From assembly GCA_036172245.1 (NCBI GenBank), contig JAYWIR010000035.1, positions 2,232,001 to 2,296,000 of the forward strand: a stretch of DNA of 64,000 nucleotides, written 5' to 3'. Source of the stretch: Raillietiella orientalis. Its lineage: Eukaryota. Shown here piece after piece: positions 24,431-36,514 of this stretch. The first letter of the stretch is position 1, and each line of letters begins with the position of its first letter. The translations under genes were made by a program, and so were the position numbers. The notes under the pieces are model-generated. The model made no database searches. It saw only the letters and a list, made by a program, of their open reading frames with translations, and was not told the DNA's origin.

Positions 24431-27400
24431 TTTTTCACCCGGTCACGCCTGGGAGTTTATTGAAAATAAATCGGTCAAAGACGATGTCCTTAACCAAAGA
24501 AACGACAAGAAGCAAAGAGAAGTTACCGGCACATAGGCCTGGTTAACAAACCGCTTCCAACATCACTGAGGGCGTAGAGGGATAAGAAACAAAAATCAAA
24601 ATCTGGAGGGAGAGGAAACGGGTCTTTGGTGAAGCTCCGTACTCACGGGGATTCAAATAGAGAGCACCTAAAATGTTCCGCAGCATAATAGGGCGTAAGT
24701 GGAAAGAAAAAAAAAAAAAAAAAACATTTGAAGGGGGCGAGGAGAAAGGTTCACCGGGTGCGCTGTTGGGTAGCGTCTGTAAACCGTCGGAATATGCTAG
24801 CGAGATCCCTTTTGGTATCCTCGGTAAATTGAGGCTATCTGGCGGCTCCTTTTATACAGAAAGATGCTTTGCTGATCACCTCTTGGTACTGCTTATTGAT
24901 TATCAGCGCCTGGCGGAAGGAAACTATCGCGCGTATGCAACCGATGATTGCAATCCTTGCGCTTGTACACAGCCCGCTCGGAGTGAAGAATCGTCGCAGC
25001 AAGTCTTTTGCGGTGTCCACGAGATGCGAGAGTGCTGTTGCCAGCCTGCGCCACGGTCCTTGTAGGACACTGCAGTTTAGAAGTAGGTGCGGATTCGACT
25101 CCGTCGATCCGCACCGAACGCAGTTCGCAGACGCAAGTCCCATGGAGTCACGATGCCAACGCTCGTTGCACTGAAAACCCCAGTGAACGAAAAGCATCAA
25201 GGCTTGTTTCCAAGCAAGGGGGAGCAGCGAACTGTCGACACACTGTGGAGGGACTACAAGTTCTTCGGTGGTGACTTTAAGTTCTTCTGCCCACCGGAGG
25301 AGTCCCTTTGTAGTAGGACGAAAAGTGGGGGCCTCCGCCTACTCACTCGTCTTCTAGGCGCCAAGGTGTTCCGTTTTTCCCGCTATCGTGCAGGAAACCT
25401 CCCACCTCGCCGGTTGGCAACTGTCGTTTCTTGCCCTGAGGGCATACAGCGCTGCGAAAAGAGGTGTGGTAGCCAGGGTAGAGAACTTCACCTCGTCCTG
25501 CAGTACTTCTTCCAAGGATCGTGGAAAAAATCGGTGCAGGGTGCGAAGATCTTCAGGACGTATTCCTTGGAACGCCGCCCAGGATTCAACAGACTCCTGC
25601 CGCCAAGCTTTAAAGTTCATTGGGCGGCAGGAGATCCACGAGTGAGCTTCCAGAAGTGCGGTCAACTGCCGCAATGGAAACCCGAAACCCCGCTTCCTGT
25701 ATTGAGTGCCCGGCAAAAGCGAGAGAAATCCTCCGCTGCCGGCGCATCTCCGCAGGAGAATGCGTGCTGGCACACACAGGGGGGATGTCCATAGCTGGGC
25801 ACACACTGCCAGCAGTCGGAACTGCACCTGCAGTCCGATTCGCTCCATTGTCAAGATACTCAAACCAGCATCCCGACGCGGAGCTAACAAATCTTTAAGG
25901 CGGATCCTGGATCTCGCCGGATCCCAGAGAGCGTTCCTGAGCAGGCGTTTAGCCCGCTGTTTTGCCGCATAGGGTGGGTCCAAAACAAGAAACAGGGGAC
26001 GGAGGAGGGGGGCCACAAAGGTGTTCCAAATAGTCGCCCGTTCCTGCAAGGTAAACTTGCCGTTAAAGAACGGGCTGATGGCCAACTCTGCTTCCTGAAG
26101 GCAGTCCGCCCACGCTTCGGCTGCGCTGAAAGCGCCCAACGGAACGTTAAGGTACTTAAAGTACCCGCCCGTGGGGATCCCCAGGCGGATCCAGTCGGAC
26201 TGCGCCTCCCACGACGCACCCACAGTAAGGACCACGCTCTTCTCTCTGTTCACGCTCACTCCCGCTCCCCGACGAATCAGGTCAAAGAAATCCTCGACAC
26301 TGGACGCCGGGGTGGACATGAGGAGCAGAAGAAGCAGGTCATCAGCGTAGGCCACCACGGCAGGCGTACCCGAAGAGGAGCATGGCAAGTGAGACAGGGT
26401 CAGCCTGTACGCTCTCAGCACCAACTCAAAGAAGATGCTAAGGACCAACGGCCTTAAGCTGTCGCCCTTTCGGGTGCCCCTTCGCACGGGAATACCGTGT
26501 ACGCTGCAGCCGCTCAAAGTGATGCAGGTTAGCGCGTGGCGCCATTATGCGCGCAAATACAGCAGGAGTTGCGCCGGGAACCCATGGCGTTCCATAAGCT
26601 CCAAGAGCAGCTTCTGGTTTAGGCAGTCGAACGCCTTGTGAAGATCGACCGCGACCGCCAAGGCACCTGGCGTTCCCTCCTGCCGACGGCGCCTGCGGCT
26701 GCGACTTTCTCAGCAGCCTGGCTTTGCTGCGCTATGACTTCCTGCAGCTGCATCCATGTACGCGCGAAAAGGATGTTTGCCTCCATGGATCGTCCCGGAA
26801 CCGCATAGGTTTGTTCCGGGCTCACCACAGATTCCGCGATGCTTCCTAACCGCGCGACCCACAGCTTCGAAAACAACTTGACGTGCGAGTTCACCAAGGT
26901 GATCGGACGCCAGCTGTTTAGTTGGCGCAAGTCTCCGCCTTTTGGCAGGAGACGCACCTTCGCTGAGCGGAATGAATACAAGACATTCCCGGATTCACTC
27001 ATCAGCGTCGCGAGTTTCAGCATCAAGGGAATGAGCTTCACTGCAAAGCACTGATAAAACTCTGCAGGGAGCCCATCCTCGCAAGGCGCCTTTTGTCTCT
27101 TCAGCCCAGCGATGGCGGACGAAAATTCATCCGCCGTGAAGGGATCGTTGAGACGTTCGCGTTCCTCCTCGCCGACAACAAGAGCATCCTGAGACAGGAG
27201 TATCTCAGAAAGAATATCTTCCGTCGGGGATTCCGCGAACAGCGAGGAGTACTAGAGTCTCACAATGAGGCGTACTTCGGCTGGGGCCGAACATTCCTGA
27301 CCCTTGTCGTCCAACAGGCATGCTGCTTCGGACTGCCAGACCTGGCGCTCGGCCCTCGCCTTGTACTCCGCGAGACGCCCGACATCCGCGCATCTCGAAA

Positions 27401-27660
27401 ACGTGCGGGCCTGCAGAAAGTCTCTGCTGTTTGCCACGCCCTCTCCGAATCCGCGTGGAAGCCGTTGCAAGGGGAATTGGCAGCAGAACTCGCGGACAGA
27501 TCTTTTGAGATCGTCCCACTCCGCAAGTTCTTGAATGGCAAAGCCTCGGAGCTGTTTACGTAGATGCTTCGCAGCCTCCGGTTGGCTAAGCCAATCCGCC
27601 TGCATCCTCCACTTTTGCAACGGTGGCCCCTTGCCTGGCGGAAGGAGCTCAAACTCCAAC
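24431..27660 (-). mobile_element. Family E element (end of EN to 3' end), disrupted
   Basis: ORFs 27252-27660, 26619-27041, 25354-26517 (YADD) and 24835-25200 (CVRC..HLLLNC); paralog of 15778-18511. Confidence 0.88.
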
Positions 27661-28641
27661 CATGAGCTCGATTTCCAAACTCCGTCCATGCAGGTGGACA
27701 TCGACCAGCCGCCTCTTGAACAGGAGGCGGCTACACAATCGCCACCACCATCATTAGCATGATGCGTGTAATCGCCTCTTGCCGGCAGCTGCCTATAGCC
27801 TGTTGGAATGTCAACGGGCTGCGCAGCGAAAGCAAGAGGCGTGGCGTGGCCGACACCCTGCGACCTTCCGACCTGGTTCTTCTTCAAGAGTTCCACGCCC
27901 TGAGAGGAGAGGACGTCCAGGAGATCGAGAGGCTTGCAGGGGGAAGGCTACTTTGGCGATCCGGTGGAGACCACTCCCGCGGAGTGGCCTTCCTGCTGAA
28001 GTCAGCCATCGCCAGGGAAGTGCGCAGTATTCAGTTCGACGAGGAAGTTCGAGTTGGGCAACTTGTCCTCAAGTGGTCCGACTCGATCGACCTCGTGGTC
28101 ACGAACGTATACGCGCCCTGCAGCAGCCACAGGCGCGGAGAACGCACTGCGTTCTTTAAAGCCCTGCGGCGAGACTGGATGGCCGGAGCAGGCGTGCGGC
28201 GAACACACCTCATAGCGGGAGACTTCAACGTCCGCCTGCTGTCGGAAGCGCCCGACATAAAAGCACAACTGGTCAACGAGTTGTGTGCGTCGATGCACGC
28301 GCGCAACTTGTTGGCCGATGAAGCCGGGGCGAGAAGCAGAATCGACCACGTGTTCCTCGATAACCAGCTGTGCACGCGGGTGGGGACTCGAGGCGCACTT
28401 GCGTCGGAGCTGTCCGATCACCCTCGGGTAGTGTTCACCATCCATCCGCGCGACAGAGGTCCACCCTTCGAAGCGTGGCGCCTGCCAGAAGACTGGTTTA
28501 GACTCGCAGCAGCGCGCGAACATCTGCGTAGACCTGCGTGGTTACGAACTGCAGACTCTCGCTGACTGGGACAAAATAAAACGCTCAGTCCGAGAGTTCA
28601 GCGACCAGTTTCCCCTCCATTAACTTCCTCCAGGTTTCGGC
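27661..28641 (+). mobile_element. Family F 5'-truncated element: ORF1 end + endonuclease
   Basis: ORF 27759-28565 with CWNVNG/LQE/NVYAP/GDFN/SDH; ends at CCAGGTTTCGGC (PGFG). Confidence 0.87.
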
Positions 28642-31600
28642 GACTCCACCCGGATACGCCGGGACGTTAATTAAAAACATTTCAACAGTCAATACAGTAC
28701 GTGGTACAAGGTCTCACTGACGGCCACGCAATACCGGAACTGCCGGGACACCAAGACGCAGCTCGTTGTGGCTCTCCTCGGCAGTGGAGGAGGATGAGAG
28801 AGAAAACAATAATAAATTAAGAAAAAAAGCGAACCACAAAAAAAGTTTGGAGGGCCGGGAAGGGATCACAGAAAACTGCTGGGAGGGTACATCCTTTGCA
28901 GGATGCCTTCTAGTTCCATTTTCAGTTTTCCTGGATGGGGCCATCGGGTAGCTCTCTGCAGGAAGCCAGAAGCATACTCGATGACGTCCCTCACGATGCA
29001 GTCTTCAACTTCGGCATCACTCCAGGCCGCCACGATACCACGAATGAAGCAAAGTGCTGCCAGGTCTGCGGCTGGATTGAGGGCGTCCCGCACGAAGACA
29101 AGACTGTAGACACATCCAACGTTGCCAACATCCGGTATCCAAGTCCCGTTTTGAAACGATCCCAAAGAATCCGGACGGCCGGGCATTCAACTAAGAGGTG
29201 AGGGAGCGACTCCCGCTCCCCACACCTGGCACACGCAGGATTTACTTCTCCCCGCGTCGAGTGGAAGCGGCGCGCGTTGCAGGGTAGACCCCAATGCAGC
29301 CACAGAAGCGCCGATTCTTGCCACTTCAGGGGAAGAATCCTGGATCCAAGTAGAACCGGGGGCCACTTCAGATCGAATGCCGAGCAGCTCGCCGCATCTT
29401 TTTAATCCACGCGGCTGGAGACTTGAGGTCGTTGCATCTGTCACCTCTCCCATGGTCCAGCCGTTCATCATCTCCTCTCTGCCTGCGATACGGCAGCAGA
29501 CTTGCCATCTTGGCTTCCGGCTTTTGTGAAGCGCCCTTTGGAGGAAGGGCGTCGCCGTAACAAGGGGTGTGCCTTCCGCCCACGTTCAACTCGGTGGAAA
29601 TTCAAGAATTTCAGGAAGAGATCGGCGGGCGTAGAAGCCGACTCGCAGCCAGTTCATCCGGTCTTCGCACCTCTGGTTCTGCTTGGTCCAGGTGCCAGCA
29701 GTCTCTTCCAGCCAAGCGGAGGAGTTGGCAGGGCCACAAACCATCCAGTCGTTCTCCTTTGCCAGGGTTGCCATGCGGCCGAGCATTAGACCGCATCTTC
29801 GAATCTTCCGGCCAGGGCACAGAAGAAACGATGCGAGTCCTTCGCAGCGGGACACACGCCTGGCCAGGAGGCGGGCCGGAATGCACCAAGCGGTGCTCCA
29901 CATCTTCGCTGCGATGGCGAGGGTCCGTCATCGCAGCTGGATTTCCACGCGGTCCAGCGTCAGGATGCTGAGACCGCCGTCCCGACGCGGAGCGCACAAG
30001 TCCTTCAAAGTGACTCGGGGCCTCCCCTTGCCCCAAAGGGCTATGCGGAGGAGGTTTTTTGTGCGCTTTTTAGATTCCACGAGGGAGGGGCAAACAAAAA
30101 GCAAGGGGCGGAGGATGATGGCCGCGAAAGCGTTCCAAACCGCGGCGCGTTCTGGCAAGTGAAACTTGCCTTCCAGGAACGGGCCGATCGCCGTCTCGAC
30201 TTTTTGGAGGCATCTCGAACACGCTTCCGCAGGGAAGAAGTCCCACAACAGCCGACCCAGTTACTTGATGCACTTCACCGTGGGGATCCCCAGACGGACC
30301 CATTCCTACTGCCCTGCCCACGCCGCTCCAACTGGCACAACCGACGATTTCGCCCTGTTAACCTGTAATCCGGCCCCACGGCTAAGCAGGTAGAAGAAAT
30401 CTCCGACCGCCTTCGCCGGGGTCGACATAGGTAAGAGGAGCAGAAGATCGTCGGCATACGCCGCCTTGGCTGGCGTGCCGGGTCACGAGCTCGGCAATGG
30501 GGCCAAAGTCACCCTGTACGCTCTCAGCACGAAATCAGCGTAGGTGCTAAAGAGCAGGGGGCTGAGGCTGTCGCCCTGCATTATGCCTCGCCGCATTGGC
30601 ACGCAATACACCTTTTGACCAATGTAAGTAATCGAGATTATCGCGTTCCGCCAGCAAGAGCGCAGCTAGGTAATCAGGGAGGGTAAGAAGCCCATGCGAC
30701 CCAGGAGATCCAAGAGGAGTTCCTGGTCAACACAGTCGAATGCCTTATGAATGTTTACTGCGATCGCTAAGGCCCCTTTCCCGCATGAGTGTCCCTACCC
30801 TGTCCCACTGGCGGACCCAAAGTAGAATTGTAAATTTTCCCTTTTTCTTCTTTCTTACTCCACTGCGCGTGCATCCATGTGCTCGCGAAGAAGAGGTTGT
30901 CCTCCATAGTTCGCCCGGGAACAACGTAAGTCTGTTCTGGGCTAATTATGGAATTGGACACCTGTCCCAATCGGGATGCCCACAGTCCGGCAGTCAACTA
31001 GGCGTCTGTGTTCAAAATCGTAATCGGACGCAAGTTGTAAAGTTTCCTGAGGTCTCCTCCCTTCAAGAGGAGCCTTACCCTGGCTGACCGGAACGAGACG
31101 GGAACATCGCCTTTGTCTCGGATTCGCCTTGTCAACTCGAGCACCAGGGGGGCTAGCTCTTCCGCGAAACTCTGAAAGGAGTCCGCGGGCAAGCCTTCCT
31201 TCCCTGGCGCCTTACGCCTCTTGAGCCTTTTGATACCGGCGAGAATTTCACCGGATGTGAAAGGCTCATCGAGGCTTTCTCTCTCCTCCTCCCCTATCTC
31301 CACGGAACCACTCATGGGCAATCGCCGCGAAACGTCTTGTTCGAGTGGTGTTTTGGCGTAAAGGGAGGAATAAAAACACCGCAGGAGATTCCGTACCGCA
31401 GATGGGGACGAACGTTCCCGGCCCAGGTCATCCAGCATGCTGGCGGACACGGATTGCCAGGCTTGTCGCTCGGCTCCGGCGCGGAATTCGGCCAGGCGAC
31501 GGACATTGTGGTTCCTCTCGTGATGACGCCCGTGCAAATACGCGCGTTCGTTGCGAGCCCTTTTGCCGAATCCCCGCGGCAGAGGTTGCACAGGGAACTG

Positions 31601-32450
31601 TTCGCAGAACTCCCGGACCGAGTCCTTAAATAGGTCCCAATCCGCGAGACTCTGGAGGGTGACGCCTCGCAGGAATTCGCGAAGATGTTCTTTCGCTCCT
31701 GACAGGCGCGTCCAGTCCCCTGGCGTACGCCAATCCCTGGATGGCGGTCCCTTGTCGCGCGGGCGCATCTCGAATACTAACCGGGAATGGTCCGACAGCG
31801 TCGATCCAAGTGTCCCTCGTTTTCCGACCCGTGTGCACAGGTCTTCATCGAGGAAGACGTGGTCCACGCTGCTGACCATCCCGCTTATTTCTGTCAACAA
31901 GTTGCGCGCGCGCATGGCGGCGCACAACTGGTTGATCGCGTTCCCCTGTGCTCCGGGCTGATCTGAGAGCACACGGACGTTGAAATCCTCTGCCATCAGA
32001 TGCGCCTTTCGCACGTCCGCGTACACCAGCCATTCGCGCTTCAAGGTTTCAGTAACGCTTTGCGCTACTGATATCCCTGTTTACCGTTTAGAGCGTACAC
32101 ATCGGTGACGATGAGGTCGATCGAATCGGACAATCAGACAATCAGTTGTCCGATCCGTCCGTCGTCCCCAAAGCGCACGCCCTTTACGGCCGCGTTAATG
32201 GCTGGCTTTAGAAAGAACGCGAACCCACAAGTGTTGCGGGCGCCGCATCGCTAGTACAACCGCCCTCTCGCGATCGTTTCGATCTCGTGGGCATCTTTTG
32301 CGGTGATCACGTGGATCTCCTGCAAAAGCACCTAGTCGAAATCTCGCAAGGAGGCGGCTGTTTCTCGTCTGTTTCCGTCGTCGCACAGCCCATTGACATT
32401 CCTACTGGGCGCGCGGATCCGACGGCGACAGGCAAGTCCAGGTGTTATTC
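28642..32450 (-). mobile_element. Family C element, 5'-truncated at ORF2 start, degenerate
   Basis: ORF 30998-32044 and fragments to 28866; YADD codons near 30447-30458; hairpin 3' end at 28642-28672. Confidence 0.87.
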
Positions 32451-32454
32451 CAGA

Positions 32455-35096
32455 TGTCGGCGATGCCACCCTGATACGCCGGGACGTTTATTAAAAACAT
32501 TTCAACAGTCAATACAGAACAAGGCCCCACTGATGGCCACGCAATACCTGAACTGCCGGGACACCGGAACGCAGCTCCGTGTGGCTCCCCTCGGCAGTGG
32601 ATGGGGATGGGGGAGAGAACAAAAATAAAATAAAAGAGAAAAACAAACCACAAAAAAAAGTTTGGAGGGCCGGGAAGGGATCACAGAAAACTGCTGTGAG
32701 GGCCCCTCCTTCGCAGGATGCCTTCTAGTTGCATTTTCAGTTTTCCTCGATGGGGCCATCGGGTAGCTCTCTGCAGGAAGCGAGAAGCATACTCGATGAC
32801 CTCCCTCACGATGCAGCCTTCATCTTCGGCATCACTCCAGGATGCCACGATACCACGAATGCAGCAAAGTGCTGCCAGGGCTGCGGCTGGACTGAGGATA
32901 TCCCGCGCGAACACAAGACTGTAGACACATCCAACATTGCCAGCATCGGGTATCCCAAGGACCGTTTTAAGACGATTTCAAAGAATCCGGACGGCAGGGC
33001 ATTCAACTCAGAGGTGGGGGAGCGACTCCCGCTCCCCACACCTGGCACACACAGGATTTACTCTTCTTCGCGTCCAGTTGAGGCGGCGCGCGTTGCAGGG
33101 TAGACCCCAATGCAGCCACAGAAGCGCCGATTCTTGCCACTTCAGGGGAAGAATCCTGGATCCAAGTAGAACCGGGGGCCACTTCAGGTAATCCAATCGG
33201 ATGCCGAGCAGCTCGCCCCATTTTCTTAATCCACGCGGCTGGAGACAAGGGGTCGCTGCATCTGTCAACTCCCCCATGGTCCAGCCGATCATCATCTTCT
33301 CTCTGCCTGCGATACGGCAGCGGACTTGCCACTTTGGCTTCCGGCTTCCATGAAGCTCCCTTTGGAGGAAGGGCATCACCGTAACAAGGGGTGTGCCTTC
33401 CGCCCACGTGCAACTCGGTGGAAGTTCAATAATTTCACAAAGAGTTCGGCGGGCGTAAAAGCCGACTCGTAGGCAGTTCATCCGGTCTTCGCACCTCTGT
33501 TTCTGCTTGGTCCAGGTGCCAAAAGTCTCTTCCAGCCAAGCGGAGAAGTTGGCGGGGCCACAAACCATCCAGGCGTTCTCCTTTGCCAGGGTTGCCTGGC
33601 AAAGGAGAACGACCGTCGCCTGGCGGAAATCAAGGCTTAAGCTGAGAGGCAGGCCTGGCAATCCGGGTCTGCCTGCTTATTGGACGAAGAAGGCCAGGAG
33701 GACTCTTCTGCAGCGTAGGTTTGTTGCATTTTGCGAGATTCCTACTCCTCCCTTTACGCCAAGAGACCACCAAAGCGCCCTTTTGCGCAGAGTCTGCTGT
33801 CAGAGGGTGCTCCCGCGCTAAGGAAGGAGGAACGTCACACCTTCGAACTGGAATTTACGATGACGGAGATTGTCTCCGCCATCAGAAAACTCAAAAAAAA
33901 CAAAGCACCAGGGGAAGACGGCCTGCCAGCTGAATTCTACCAACATTCTGCGGCAGTGTTGGCTGCCCTGGTGCTCAGATTGTGTTTTCTGATCCGTGAA
34001 CGCGGGGATGTCCCCAACTCGTTCCGGTCAGCTAGAGTACGTCTCCTCTCTAAGGGAGGAGAGTTGCGCAACGTTGGCAACTGGCGTCCTATCACTGTGG
34101 AGAATGTGGACGCAAAGTTGCTCGTTAAACTCTGGGCTGAGCGTCTTGGACGGGTAGCGGAATCCGTGGTCAGTACGGAACAGACTTACGCTTTTCCCGG
34201 ACGAACCATGGAGGCCAACCTGTTCCTCGCCAGCACCTTCTGTCAGTTGCAACAGGGCTCAGCTAGGTCAGGAGAGTCCTGGACTCTTCACTGACCTTGC
34301 GGAGGGAAGCCGGGAGGAGGATGTGGCGCCCGGAGCCCTTGCGGTCGCGTTCGATTTGCGTAAAGCTTTCGATTGCGTCGACCAGGGGCTCCTCCTGGTG
34401 CTTCTGGAACGCTTGGGATTTCCGGCCGTCTTCCTGGCGTACCTGCGCTCTTGCTGTCGCTTCGCGCTAATTAACATCCATTTCAGCAGCCGCCACGTGT
34501 ACGGCGTGCCGGTTGGTCGCGGCATCCGGCAGGGTGACAGCGTGAGCCCCCTGCTCTTCAGCATCTACTTTAAGTTGGTGCTGAGAGCATACAGGGAGAC
34601 TTTAGCAACCCTGCCGAGCTGCTGTCCCTGCACGCCTGCCGTGTCGGCCCATGCCGACGACCTTGTGCTTCTGCTTTCCGGGTCCATCCCGGCATCGGCG
34701 CTCTAAGATTTCTTTGAGTTGCTGAACCGTGGGACGGGCTTCCAGGTAAACAGGGCGAAGTCGTCAATCATTTCTTCGGACTCGTCGCGGGCAGGACGGT
34801 CCGACTGGATCCGCTCGGGGATCCCCACGGGCGGGTACTTCAAGTAATTTGGAGTTCCGTTGGGGGACTTTTGCGCTGCAGAAGCCTGGTCCGACTGTCT
34901 ACAAAAGGTGGAGTTGGCGATCGGCCCGTTCCGAGACGGCAAGTTTTACTTGCAGGAACGGGCCGCGGTGTGGAACGCTTTTGCGGCCCCCCTCTTCCGC
35001 CCTCTGCTTTTTGTACGCCCAATACCTTCCAAAATTCGACAAAGGACAAGTGACTTTACTAGAAAATACCTCTGGGTCAATCGGGGGCCCCGCGTC
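32455..35096. repeat. Arm 1 of a ~2.6-kb inverted duplication (partner 49754-52400)
   Basis: Mirror ORFs sum to 84850 (33008+51842, 34028+50822). Confidence 0.93.
32462..33594 (-). mobile_element. Family C 3' fragment (5'-truncated)
   Basis: ORF 33008-33594 ending CARCGERESLPHL; 3' UTR matches 28642-28870. Confidence 0.87.
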
Positions 35097-36514
35097 TGTC
35101 TTAAAGACTTGTGCGCTTCACGCATGGACGGTGGACTTGGTCTCCTGACGCTGGAGCGCATGGAGCGACAGCTTCGAGTCCGTAAACTTGCGCTTGTGGC
35201 AAAGTAGTGGACCGCACCCTGGTGTGCACCTTCACGACTCCTGTTTCACAGGGCAACCGACTGCTATGGATTGACCTCAATCCTAGTAGCCAACTACCGC
35301 AGCCTTAACCACTGTGGTTTTCAGTTGCGGGAATTGGTTGCCCTGTTGAGAGACAATCCGTGGATCGCCTGCATCCCAGCATACTGGACTACCTGGCTCC
35401 AGGAATCCGTTTGCGCATAAGCTGAAATCAACGGCTCTAGCGATGAGGACTTCTCCTGCCTTCGTAGAGGCAGGTACGCTGGTCAGCCACTGCAAGAGAT
35501 CGTCAGCAACCCACATAAGCTTCTGTGGGCCTCCTTTACCCTTCTTGACCCAGTGCTGTTCTCTCTCAGGGAAGTTCGGGACAGCCGCCAGGAGGCATCA
35601 TGGGAAGTGTCCTGCCTCATCGGGGCAGGAAAAAATTATTGAAGGCGTGCACGTATCAAGAACTAGCGGACGCTAGTACCCCGAGTGTCCCGCCGAATGG
35701 ACTTTCACGCTGGGGTGCGCTGCTAGAAGTACCTCCGGAGGAGGTGAAGTGGCCCTTGGCGTCGTGGAATAACGGCACCCTTCCCCTGCAGTGGCAGGAG
35801 ACGGCGTTGCTTCTGCTCCATTGGACTCTGTTAAGCAGAGCGCGCTTGTCTCACTGGGCACAGGGGAGTATAGATGCTAACTGTCCAGACTGTAGGGAAA
35901 GAGAAACCTTTTCCCACTTAATCATTGAGTGCGTTGCTCTTCGCGATATGTGGGACCGACTCTCGTCGATCTTGAACATTCCGCGGGGCGACCCGAAGAA
36001 CATTTTTCGACTCGTGATGCGGGACGATTTGTCAGCTCCCGGGTGTGTTGCAGTGCACTGTTGCAGACGCGGAATACTGGACAAGTGGACCGCGTCAAGG
36101 AGAGGACATGCCAGGCGGAATGCCATCCACTGGGCAACCATCTCCTAGGTGAAGGCCTGCTGTTGGCGCCGACTTGGTAAACATTTACAGGCACTTGTTT
36201 GCATCCGAAACTGGATGCAAAGGCCTCCTCACGGCGCACCGTCATCCCCAACCTTCCTCCCCATCCCCAAAAAACCTTGCCCTCCATAAGTTATTCTTTT
36301 TTTTTGTTTTCTTTTTATTTTTCCCGCCCCTGCGCCAGTGTGAATGACCTTATCGGCCTCCGGGTCGGTAACGACAAGTGCCACTGAACTTCCATGAACG
36401 TATAGACGTCCTGAAAACAAAAAACAGTTTAAAAACAAAAACTAGAATTAATTATGAAATTTTTTTAATCGCAAAAATTTTAGTAATAAAAGCCCCGGCT
36501 CACCCGGGTGAAAA
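33612..36514 (+). mobile_element. Probable family F 3' half (RT to 3' end), degenerate
   Basis: RT pieces 33731-34294, 34323-34706 (HADD), 34860-35207 and 35600-36148 (CPDC..HLIIEC); ends AATAAAAGCCCCGGCTCACCCGGGTG; link to the F EN at 27661-28641 is inferred from position. Confidence 0.8.

Noticed and set aside
24707..24724. A-run as a poly(A) tail
   Set aside because: It is the T-rich tract of a minus-strand 3' UTR, ~280 bp inside the element end; similar tracts follow ORF2 stops in other copies.
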